The translations under genes were made by a program, and so were the position numbers. From NCBI GenBank assembly GCA_002104905.1, contig MCFE01000187.1, forward strand, positions 62,001-126,000: a stretch of DNA of 64,000 nt, in the 5' to 3' direction. Below are positions 1-12,700 of the stretch, one piece after another (position 1 is the first letter of the stretch; the number at the start of each line of letters is the position of its first letter). The stretch comes from Basidiobolus meristosporus CBS 931.73. Its lineage: Eukaryota; Fungi; Basidiobolomycota. The notes under the pieces are model-generated. The model saw only the letters and a list, made by a program, of their open reading frames with translations. It did no database searches and was not told where the DNA came from.

Positions 1-714
1 GTTTGCACTCTACGAGCTGGAGGATAGATCACAGCTGCTATTCATGACCGTTCACCATTTGATAGTGGATCTGGTTTCGTGGCGTATCATATGGGAAGAT
101 TTGGAACAGCTGCTTCAAGGGAAGCAGTGCGGCTACAAGTCGATGAGCTTTATGCAGTGGAGCGCTATGCTCAACGAGTATGCCCAAGAGCTTGGCATGG
201 ACATGTGGCCGTCTCAGGAGATTTCCGAGCCGATAGTGAGAGATGCAGCTCTCCTGGATGCGAACAGAATGAGCTCAAGCAAGTCTCTTGCTTTCACCCT
301 TTCGGTCGGCCAAACAGAGCTGCTCTTTGGAAAGTGCAACCTTCCATTTCAGACTGAGGCGACGGATCTCATGATCTCCTCACTGGCTATTGCTTACTGC
401 AAGGTGTTCAATGCTGGTAGCATGACCATCGGCATGGAAGGGCACGGAAGGGAGACCTGGCGTGATGGAATCGATGTGTCGAGGACTGTTGGCTGGTTCA
501 CCACACTCTATCCACTGGTGGTGGAGATTTCTGAAGATTTGGATCAACTGAGTGTTCTGAAGCGAGTCAAGGACCAGCGTAAGCTTATGCCGGGCAACGG
601 GCTTGTGTATGGATTACTACGGTACATGAGCAACAATCCGGAGAATCGATTCAAGGATGATGTGATCCAGATAGGGTTCAACTATTTAGGTCGTTTTCAG
701 CAGCTAGAGAGCAA
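1..714 (+). repeat. Direct repeat of 4658..5371 (epimerase-domain coding segment)
   Basis: Constant offset of 4657. The translated segments are identical, and the shadow ORFs 79..357 and 4736..5014 are identical. Identity breaks at 715/5372. Confidence 0.93.
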
Positions 715-3700
715 GAACGCATTTTTTCAGCCTGTTGACGCCACTTACGATTTTGATCAGCTTCATATCGGCAATGAGTGGAGAAGAGATCATGTCTTCG
801 ATGTCACTATAACTGTTGAGCATGATTGTCTTAAGGCTGAGATTGTGTTCAATACCAGTTTGCACACTGAAGAAATAGTATCAGAATGGCTCTTCAAATG
901 GGATGAGGCATTAGGCAACATGATTGAATCTTGTGCTCAGATCGATACTATCGAGCATACCCGAAGCGACTTTTCATTAGTTAAATTTAACGAAGCAGAG
1001 TTCAATCTTTTCTATACTCAAACTCTCCCAGGCGTGGGTGTTGATCCTAAATTCGTTGAAGATATTCTTCCATGCACCCCACTGCAAGAAGGCCTCATTG
1101 CTGGTATGTTCAAGAATGCCAACTACTACCATATCCAGCAGCAGCTTGATCTTGTTGGTGAATTCGACCCGATCAAATTCCAAAGCACTTGGGAAACCAT
1201 GATTCGGGATCACCCAATTCTGCGCACTATCTTTGTCGAATCGACGATTAGTGGCACGCATAATAATTTCTTACAGCTCGTGATGAAATACCGCAAGCCT
1301 TGCTGGTCATACAAGAAATGTGCTCACAACTCCCTGGAAAAGACTGTAGCCACGCTATTAGCAGAAGACAAGTCCTTTACCTTCGATTTGGGCCTGCCAA
1401 CGATGAGGTTTACACTGCTGGAGACTGATCAGAACTATCGGATGCTATTCCTTAGCTGGCATCATGCTATACTCGATGCAACAGCATGGGATCTTATCTT
1501 ACAAGACTACTACAATGTTTATAATAGCCAATCTCGTGTGGCAACATATCCATTTGCCAAATTTGTTGAAGATCTTTATAGTAAATCAGAAGTGGATATT
1601 GCCAAAGAGAAATCCTATTGGCAAGGAAAATTCTCTCAGGCCAGTCGGTCTCCATTCCCTACTCTTGGAGCACCCGAGGACCCAGCTCCCGAAATGAGAC
1701 GTGTTGAAGGCAGAATTCATATACCTATGGAGAAGATAGCTCATTACGCTCAACAACTAAGAATCACTACATTAACGCTGGTCAAAGCTGCTTGGGCCAG
1801 TATTTTGCGAGAATACACTCAAAATGACGATGTGATATTCGGATATGTCGTCCATGGAAGAAGTGGAGACTTGGAGGGGATTTCAACCATTGTTGGTCCG
1901 TGTATTAACACCCTACCGTGCCGCATCATCTGTAACCACCGATCAACTATTGCAGAGTGGCTAATGCAAATTCATGTGGATTACACATCAGCCCTGTCAT
2001 ATCAACAAACCAGTCTACGCGAGATTCAAGAGTGGGTTGGGGCATCTCCATTATTTGACAGTATACTGAATTACAGGTTCAACTCCGAATCTGGCACAGA
2101 TGTAAACGTTGAGAGTGAAGGTGCCCTTAGACTTGTTCCTATTAGTGGTAACGAAGCTACAGAGGTAGGAAGACAAATACGCCTTCGGTTTTACCTTTTA
2201 TAATACTAGGTGCTAGAAGCTAATCAATCTCTATTTTAAGTATCCATTGGCATTGAACGTATATGCAAACAGCTCTGAAATCATGTATCAACTAGATGTG
2301 GTTGGCAGTCGGATAACCAGGCATTATGCTCGTCAATTAGCAAGTGGGTTCGAAATGCTGTTCGAGGCACTAGTCAGCTTACCTTCGGATAAGGAATTTC
2401 AGTACTTGAATCAGGCACTGAATTATGAAGATTCTTTGCAATTGTGTTCTGCAGAATATACTGGCTCAGCCGAACCGTTGGACACTTGCATTCATCATTT
2501 ATTCGAGGAGAAAGCAAATCTGTACCCGAATCAAGTGGCAGCACGAGTATTGGACTTGGAGTCTGTTACTTATGTGGAGCTTAACACTAAGGCAAATCAA
2601 CTGGCACACTACCTGATCAAACTAGGGGTTCTTCCAGATTCCATAGTACCATTGTGTTTGGACAAATCCATCTCCATGATAGTAGCAATATTGGCGGTGC
2701 TCAAGGCTGGTGGTGCCTATGTACCACTTGATCCCGACAATCCTATGGAGCGCAACAGGTTTATCCTAAAGGAGACCAAAGCCAAAGTTGTGTTGACACT
2801 GGCGAAGTACAAACAGCTCTTCGATGAGCAAACGCTTGTTCTGCTTGACTCCAACGATTCAGCGATTGGTGAGAATGACATTCAAAATCCTCAGGTAATT
2901 GGCCTGGACAGCTCGAGCTTATGTTATGTGATCTACACCTCGGGCTCTACCGGAACGCCTAAGGGGGTCATGATGGAGCACCGCGGTGTTTGCAGCTTCA
3001 TACGAGCAATCCTAGAAGCCTGGGATCTATCCACACTGGACTCGGTCTTGCAATTTGCCAATTATACTTTTGACGCCTCGGTAATGGAGATATTCTGCAC
3101 CTTGGCATCCGGTGCTTGCCTTGCGCTTGCAACAAAGGAGAGACTGCTGTCAGATCTGGAGGGCTGCATAAACACCATGAATGTGACCACTCTTGTCCTC
3201 ACCACAACCATTGCCGCGTTGTTGGAGCCGGTGAGAGTGCCGTCCGTGAAACGACTTATGCTTGGAGGTGAGATGATGACCGCGACAGTGCGTAACTTGT
3301 GGTCACCCCATGTGCAGCTTAGCAACGGCTACGGGCCCACAGAGGCAGCAGTGGCGATTCTTTCGTATTGGGATGTGGATGAAACAACAGCTTGCAGCAA
3401 TATTGGCAAGCCAATTGGGGGAAACAAGATTTCAATTCTGGGGGCTAATCTGCAGCCTGTCCCGTTGGGCGTGGTTGGAGAATTATGTGTATCAGGTCCT
3501 CAGCTCGCTCGTGGCTATCTCAACCGACCTGACCTTACGGAAAAGGCATTCGTGACCAGTTGCTCGGAACCTGATATCCGGATCTATCGCACCGGCGATC
3601 TGGCACTATTCAATGAGGATGGAACGGTCAAGATTGTTGGTAGAATCGACAACCAGATCAAGATCAACGGTTTGCGAATCGAGTTGGATGAGATCGAGCA

Positions 3701-6700
3701 CGCTCTTCACGATCACCCAAGAGTGGCCAGAGCGTGTGTGATGGCACTGACCACTGACAAGAAGACTAACCGCAAGTCGTTGGTGGCCTTCTTGGCATTC
3801 TACGATGTGGGAAGCGAAGCAACAGGGAGTGAGCTGCTAACAGGGCTACACGCAGAGTCGGCCTCTGAATATGTGGAGGAGTTGAGAGCTGTGGTTAGTC
3901 AGCGGCTGCCATCGTATATGATTCCAAACATATGGCTACCACTGAATATGATACCGACCAACACCAGCGGAAAAGTGGATCGTCGTAAGCTAGCTGATAT
4001 CTTTGCAACCTTGAATATCGACGAAATTATGAGATTATCAAGGAACGCAGGAGTGCGCTCCGATGAAGCAGTAACCCTATTGGAAGGAACTATCAGAGGT
4101 ATCTGGGCTGAAGTTTTGAATATACCGGCTGGTGATATTTCAGTGGGCGATACATTCTATCAATTAGGAGGAGATTCCATTTCAGCCATTCGGGTGTCGT
4201 CATTGAGTCGTCAAAATGGTCTGTCCCTCTCAGTGAAGCAAATAATGCAGAATCCAACCATTCGCTCACTTGCCTCAGTGGCTGCTGCGTTGGATCCATC
4301 CAAGATCATCAGCCTGCCTAGCACTAGTGGTGATCTGATTCTTACCCCAATTCAGAGACGCTTCCTGTATACTCCTCAGGAAAATATGAATCACTTCAAC
4401 CAGTCATGGCTACTGAAGCTGCGTGATACCACAACGAAGGACAGGCTATCGCAAGCCGTTAATGCTCTGATGAGCCATCATGATCTGCTTCGCAGCCGCC
4501 TTTCCTGCACAGACGGGGCTTGGAAGATGAGGATTGTATCCGCAGAGGAAGCGCCCTTCCAGGTTCATCAGATGCAAGTGCGGTCGATTGACGACATGAA
4601 GGGTCACATTCATCAGCTGCAACGTAGCCTCGACCTGATGTCAGGGCCTATGTTTCAGTTTGCACTCTACGAGCTGGAGGATAGATCACAGCTGCTATTC
4701 ATGACCGTTCACCATTTGATAGTGGATCTGGTTTCGTGGCGTATCATATGGGAAGATTTGGAACAGCTGCTTCAAGGGAAGCAGTGCGGCTACAAGTCGA
4801 TGAGCTTTATGCAGTGGAGCGCTATGCTCAACGAGTATGCCCAAGAGCTTGGCATGGACATGTGGCCGTCTCAGGAGATTTCCGAGCCGATAGTGAGAGA
4901 TGCAGCTCTCCTGGATGCGAACAGAATGAGCTCAAGCAAGTCTCTTGCTTTCACCCTTTCGGTCGGCCAAACAGAGCTGCTCTTTGGAAAGTGCAACCTT
5001 CCATTTCAGACTGAGGCGACGGATCTCATGATCTCCTCACTGGCTATTGCTTACTGCAAGGTGTTCAATGCTGGTAGCATGACCATCGGCATGGAAGGGC
5101 ACGGAAGGGAGACCTGGCGTGATGGAATCGATGTGTCGAGGACTGTTGGCTGGTTCACCACACTCTATCCACTGGTGGTGGAGATTTCTGAAGATTTGGA
5201 TCAACTGAGTGTTCTGAAGCGAGTCAAGGACCAGCGTAAGCTTATGCCGGGCAACGGGCTTGTGTATGGATTACTACGGTACATGAGCAACAATCCGGAG
5301 AATCGATTCAAGGATGATGTGATCCAGATAGGGTTCAACTATTTAGGTCGTTTTCAGCAGCTAGAGAGCAAAGACGCATTTTTCCAACCTGCTGGCGATT
5401 CTTACTGCGCGGATCTTTGTGAAATTGATAGTGATTTGAGACGAGATCATGTTTTTGACATTATATGTCATGTAGATCAGGATTGTTTCAAAGCTGAGAT
5501 AGTATTCAATGCTCATTTGCATGCCAGCGAAGTGGTATCGCAATGGATTTCCACATGGAAGGGATCGCTCAATAGGATGATAGACCGCTGTGTACAGAAG
5601 GAAGGCATTGAGCATACTAGAAGTGATTTCCGCATTGTCAAGCTGTCTGAGTCCGAATTCGACCGCTTATATAATCTGCATTTGCCGAACTTGGGTGTCG
5701 AGCGTAGTTGTATTGAAGACATTCTTCCATGCACCCCACTGCAAGAAGGCCTCATTGCTGGTATGTTCAAGAATGCCAACTACTACCATATCCAACAGCA
5801 GCTTGATCTTGTTGGTGAATTCGACCCGATCAAATTCCAAAGCACTTGGGAAACCATGATTCGCGATCACCCAATTCTGCGCACTATCTTTGTCGAGTTT
5901 TCCACAAGTTCATCTCGCTTCAATTTCTTGCAGATCGTGGTAAAACCCTCTGAGCCTGACTGGTTATACATTAACTGTACCCATAACTCTCTAGAGGAAA
6001 CCGTTGAGAAGTACTTGGCTGACGATAAGGCAAACCCTTTCCGGTTAGGTCAAGCCAACATAAGATTCACTTTAGTTGAAACGGATTTGAACCATCGCTT
6101 GCTTCTCCTCAGCTGGCACCATGCTATCATCGACGCTACAACATTTGATCTTGTTCTGAACGACTTTTGCCATGTGTATAATCAAAAGTCTCGTGTGACA
6201 ACTTTTCCTTTCGCAAAATTTGTTGAGGAGCTTTGCAGTAAATCATCCCAAGAGATTGATGCTGAGAAACCTTATTGGCAAAACAAGCTCTCGGATCTCA
6301 GCGTATCTCCATTCCCAAATCTGGGTGCTCCTGAAGAGCATGCCCTGGCGCTTTGTCGAGTAGAGGGATATATCGAAATTCCCATCAACAAGATATCACA
6401 TATTACCCGGCAGCTAAAAGTCACCCCATTTACACTGATCAAAGCAGCTTGGGCTATTCTATTGCGGGAGTACACTCGCAGTGATGATGTGGTCTTCGGG
6501 TATGTAGTCAATGGAAGAAACGGAGAACTTGAGGGTGTTTCCACTATTGTAGGTCCGTGTATCAACACTCTTCCGTGTCGCATCTATTGTAATGGTGAAC
6601 TAGATGTTGTAGCATGGCTACGGGAAATTCATCAGAACTATACAGCAGAACTTTCCCTACAACAAAATAGCTTACGAGATATTCAAGAGTGGGTAGGTGT

Positions 6701-9700
6701 ATCGCCACTGTTCGATACCATTGTTAACTATAGAGCCGTTAATACGTCTTGTGTCAACGCCGCTGACATTGGCGATGGAATGAATGACGCAGAAAACCTT
6801 TTCAGACTTGAACCCAAAGTTGGTAATGAAAGGACAGAGGTGAGCTACATTGATGATCGTGTGTAAACACACCTATGTACTCCATGACTAAACTGTTTTC
6901 CTTTCCTCTCTAGTATTCCTTGGTATTGAATATTGTCTCCAACGCCGATGAATTGATCTTTAGCATCGACGCAAACAGCTACTTGACATCTCGTCCTTTC
7001 GCAAGACAAATTGCGAATGACTTCAAAACGTTGCTTTGTACCTTGATGAATCTAATTCCTGGATCTCACATCAGTGATATGTCTATGGCATTAAGCAAGA
7101 CCCAAGTCCCCGTGATGCGCTCGACAACCTCGCACTCATACCCAGCCATGACAGGTAAGTGTGTTCACCAACTGATCGAGGAGCAGGCAAAGGTCAATCC
7201 TCAGCACACAGCGATTCAGTTTGAACTCTGTGAGTCTGTCTCTTATGAGGAGCTCAACTGCAGAGCTAACCAGCTGGCTCATCATTTGATCAAGCTTGGT
7301 GTCCGCCCAGAGTCAATGGTGCCCTTGTGCCTTGACAAATCTGTCGAAATGGTAGTGGCAATGCTTGCTGTTCTCAAGGCTGGTGGTGCTTATGTTCCTC
7401 TTGACCCGGAAAATCCAGTCGAGCGCAACAGGTTCATCCTTGCCGAGACAAATGCACAGGTTGTAGTGACACTGGATGTGTACAGATCTACTTTCGACAC
7501 AGCGACTGTGGTGCTCCTTGACTCCGACCTGGATCGTATTCGCACTAATCCCGAGGATAATCCCGAGGTCACTGGCTTGAGTAGCTCGAACCTTTGCTAC
7601 GTTCTGTTCACCTCTGGCTCAACCGGAACACCGAAGGGAGTGATGCTAGAGCACGCCGCGGTGGTTAGCTTCATTCACGCAATCCAACAAGAGTACGACT
7701 TCAGCCCCAAAGACTCGATACTGCAGTTCGCCAACTACACCTTCGATGCTTCGGTGTTCGAGATATACGTTCCCCTTGCCATCGGAGCTTCCGTAGCTAT
7801 GGCACGAAAGGACTACCTACTCACGGATCTTGAGGAGTGTATCAGGGAGCTGAGAGCAACATTTTTGATGCTGACCCCTACAATTGCTACTCTGATTGAC
7901 CCACTTGAGGTCCCATCGGTACGCAACCTGATGTTCATAGGGGAGATGCTGACAACCACTGCACTGAACAAGTGGTCGCCGTATGTCGACCTGAGCAACG
8001 GTTACGGGCCGACTGAGTCGGCAGTCCTGACGACAGTCAACACGCATATGAGCTCGACTACCTCATGCTCGAATGTAGGCAAGCCAATCGGAAACAATAG
8101 GCTCTATGTTCTCGGTGACGACAACTACCCTGTTCCGTTCGGAGTGGTTGGTGAGCTTTGTGTTGCTGGATCCCAGCTCGCTCGGGGCTATCTGAACAGA
8201 CCTGATCTGACGGATAGCGCGTTCATCACAAGCCCGTTCGTGTCGGCAGAACGTCTGTATAAGACTGGGGACCTTGCTCGATTCAATAGTGACGGATCGG
8301 TGGAGCTGGTTGGGAGAAAAGATAACCAGATCAAGATTCATGGGCTGAGAATCGAGTTGGATGAAATCGAGCATGCTCTCCATCAGCACTCCAAAGTCGC
8401 CAGAGCGTGTATTGTTCCTTTGGTCACTGACAAAGCCACTGATCACAAATCACTGGTTGCCTTTGTGACTTTCAACGACCTCACTGACAGCAACTCACCG
8501 GTTGGTCTGATCGAGGAAAGTAACGACCAGAAGGTTGTAGAGTACTTCAAGGAGATCAAGTCGCTTGTCCGAAATAAGCTGCCTACTTACATGATGCCCA
8601 GTACATGGGTTCCTGTGAGTAGAATGCCTACCACAACGAGTCAGAAGACGGATCGAAAGAGTCTAGCTGCACTGTTTGCATCCGTGGATAAGGAGGATTT
8701 GATGAAGTGGAATCATTCCGACGCCTCTGGCCACGTTGGAGCAAGAACAGCAATGGAGGAGAGCTGGGCGGAGCTCTGGTCGGCGGTTCTCAAGATCTCT
8801 CCAGATACGATTGGATCGCACGACTCTTTCTTCAGTCTCGGAGGTGACTCTATCCTAGCCATCAGGCTGGTGGGTGTTGCTCATAAGGCTGGGTTCACGC
8901 TGACAGTCCATGATCTATATTTACATCCTACTATTGCCGAACTGGCATCCACCTGTCTCCCTCTGGGGCCAGAGATCATGGACACTAAACCTGTGGAGAA
9001 GTATTCCTTGCTCAACCTTGATCTTGAGCAGCTTGGCTATTTGATGGAGCACGAACTGCCCCAGCATGACATTATGCCTGACGATGTCGTTGACATCTAC
9101 CCCTGCTCTCCGATGCAAGAAGCGCTTGTGGCTCTGAGCCTACAAGACAGCTCGAGCTATGTCAGCCAGCTTGTGTACAAGTGTGAAGGCAACGTGGACC
9201 TGGAGCGACTTCGCGCCGCCTGGCACTCGGTGATTGAAGCAAACCCCATTCTTCGAACAGCGATCTTGTTCACCACTAGTGGCTTTGCTCATCTGAATGG
9301 CCTACAGGTTGTTCTTCGTAGCAAGAGCATAGAGTGGGACGTTCAGGAGTATGAGGATGCCACCTCGCTCGAAAACAGCTTGGCTCGAGCTTTGGAAGCT
9401 GACAGGTCTAAAGGAGTATCTGTAGGGCAACCACTGACTCGGTTCGCTTTGCTGAAGACCGCAGGACCGAATGCATACCTCGTATGGACCATTCATCATG
9501 CCTTGTACGATGGCTGGTCCATGAATCACATCGTGTCGGATGTAGTGGCTGCCTATCAAGGTCATGATTTGCCGGCCAGACCACCGTACAGCATGTACAT
9601 CAACTACCTGTTAGACACGGACAAGAGTCAAGCCATCAAATACTGGCAAGAAACCCTTGGCTCGGCAACCCCTACTCATTTGGCCCGTAGTTCTCCCACT

Positions 9701-12700
9701 GCAGCGGAGACTCAGTTGCCGTCGACAATTGTGGAGAATATCCAGGCGGATTTCAGGTCACTTGCAAGCGAGCATAACCTGACGGTAGCCACCATTGCGT
9801 ATTTAGCGTGGGCCCTAGTGCTGAAGTGTCACACTGGTAACCCAGATGTAGTGTTTGGTGTGGTGGATTCCGGGAGAAGCGTTCCTCTCCAGCATGTCCA
9901 AGATATATGTGGGCCCTGTATCACGACATTGCCCATGCGCATCAATCTATCGGATACTCAATCCCTTTTGGATGCTCTAAAATCGATTCAGAATTCCCAG
10001 ACCCGGCAGCGGCAGTATCAATCTATTGGGTTACTAGATATCCTTAAATGTTGTTGTGACATTTATGAAAGCTCGCTGTTTGATACACTCTTGGTAGTTC
10101 AAAACATCAACCGAGGAGAGGAGGAGGGTGGGTTAGCGTCCATCGGTCTGAAGCAATCTGAGGCCTCCATGCCCATCGATTATCCTCTTGTAATGGAAGT
10201 GAGCACGTCAGGGGCAGAGCATTCAGTAGCACTTACTTATGACACTCGGATGCTTACCGGGTTTGAGGCATCTTATATCGTGAAACATTTTGTAGAGGCA
10301 ATGAAGATGATTGTTACTAGCACTCACAACAACGTCAAAGATGCGAGAATTACAACCCCTGCGGAAGCTGCACTAATGGAGAGCTGGAGCGCCATGAATA
10401 CTACTGTGTTACCAACCCGTTGCATTCACGAGCTAGTTGAGCAGCGAGTTTTGCACCACCCAGAACAGATTGCTATCCAATTCGAAAATACCCAATCTGT
10501 GACCTATGGTGAACTCAATTGCAGAGCTAATCAACTGGCCCATCATTTGATCAGCCTTGGTGTCCGTCCCGGATCAATAGTTCCGCTCTGTCTTGATAAA
10601 TCAGTCGTAATGATAGTAGCAATATTGGCGGTGCTCAAGGCTGGTGGTGCCTATGTACCACTTGATCCCGACAATCCTATGGAGCGCAACAGGTTTATCC
10701 TAAAGGAGACCAAAGCCAAAGTTGTGTTGACACTGGCGAAGTACAAACAGCTCTTCGATGAGCAAACGCTTGTTCTGCTTGACTCCAACGATTCAGCGAT
10801 TGGTGAGAATGACATTCAAAATCCTCAGGTAATTGGCCTGGACAGCTCGAGCTTATGTTATGTGATCTACACCTCGGGCTCTACCGGAACGCCTAAGGGG
10901 GTCATGATGGAGCACCGCGGTGTTTGCAGCTTCATACGAGCAATCCTAGGAGCCTGGGATCTATCCACACTGGACTCGGTCTTGCAATTTGCCAATTATA
11001 CTTTTGACGCCTCGGTAATGGAGATATTCTGCACCTTGGCATCCGGTGCTTGCCTTGCGCTTGCAACAAAGGAGAGACTGCTGTCAGATCTGGAGGGCTG
11101 CATAAACACCATGAATGTGACCACTCTTGTCCTCACCACAACCATTGCCGCGTTGTTGGAGCCGGTGAGAGTGCCGTCCGTGAAACGACTTATGCTTGGA
11201 GGTGAGATGATGACCGCGACAGTGCGTAACTTGTGGTCACCCCATGTGCAGCTTAGCAACGGCTACGGGCCCACAGAGGCAGCAGTGGCGATTCTTTCGT
11301 ATTGGGATGTGGATGAAAGAACAGCTTGCAGCAATATTGGCAAGCCAATTGGGGGAAACAAGACTTCAATTCTGGGGGCTAATCTGCAGCCTGTCCCGTT
11401 GGGCGTGGTTGGAGAATTATGTGTATCAGGTCCTCAGCTCGCTCGTGGCTATCTCAACCGACCTGACCTTACGGAAAAGGCATTCGTGACCAGTTGCTCG
11501 GAACCTGATATCCGGATCTATCGCACCGGCGATCTGGCACTATTCAATGAGGATGGAACGGTCAAGATTGTTGGTAGAATCGACAACCAGATCAAGATCA
11601 ACGGTTTGCGAATCGAGTTGGATGAGATCGAGCACGCTCTTCACGATCACCCAAGAGTGGCCAGAGCGTGTGTGATGGCACTGACCACTGACAAGAAGAC
11701 TAACCGCAAGTCGTTGGTGGCCTTCTTGGCATTCTACGATGTGGGAAGCGAAGCAACAGGGAGTGAGCTGCTAACAGGGCTACACGCAGAGTCGGCCTCT
11801 GAATATGTGGAGGAGTTGAGAGCTGTGGTTAGTCAGCGGCTGCCATCGTATATGATTCCAAACATATGGCTACCACTGAATATGATACCGAACAACACCA
11901 GCGGAAAAGTGGATCATCGTAAGCTAGCTGACATCTTTGCAGCTTTCAGCATGAATGACATCTCGATGACTATCAAGGGTGGCATTGAAGCAGTCACTCA
12001 TTCCGATAGTATCCATGGAAAAATATCTAACGATTTACACGATATAATGCAACCTCGAAATTCAATGCAATTCTTTATTCAGGAGGTATGGTCGAAGGTA
12101 TTGAAAATTCCAAGAGCCAGCATACGCATCGACCATACCTTCCGCGCTCTAGGCGGAGATTCCATTCTGGCCATCCATGTTTCCTCTGAATGCCGAAAGC
12201 ATAACATTCAGATCTCAGTACACAGCATGTTGAAAAATCACACCATCATCCAACTGGCTGAGAACGCCAAAGTGAAAGTATCAGGAAATCAGATGGAGAA
12301 CTCGTTGAGCCATGGCGAGGTTCATCTCTCTGCCAATCAACGGATGTTCTTGGAATTCGAGCAGGAGAACTACAACCACTTCAATCAGAGCTGGCTGTTC
12401 AGAACGCAGAACCCAACGAACAAGGCCAGTCTCCAATCGGCAGTTGGATACCTCATTCTGAATCATGATATCCTTCGAAGCCGGTTCTCGCGTGCACAGA
12501 ACGAATGGAAGCTACGAATTCTATCGCCAAAGGAGATGTCGTTTGAAGTCCACCGTATGCAGGTCCAATCGAGAGACGAATTGAAGGCTTCTGTCCATCA
12601 TCTTCAGCGTAGCCTGGATTTGATATCTGGACCTTTGTTCCAATTTGCTCTGTACGACTTACAGGATGGCCAACAGCTGATCTTCATGGCTGTCCATCAC

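Noticed and set aside
2247-6920. Three separate NRPS genes starting at 44, 2247 and 6920, as in the ORF track
   Set aside because: The starts at 2247 and 6920 are TTG codons just after canonical 3' splice sites. Removing the GT-AG introns fuses the ORFs in frame and restores a conserved motif.
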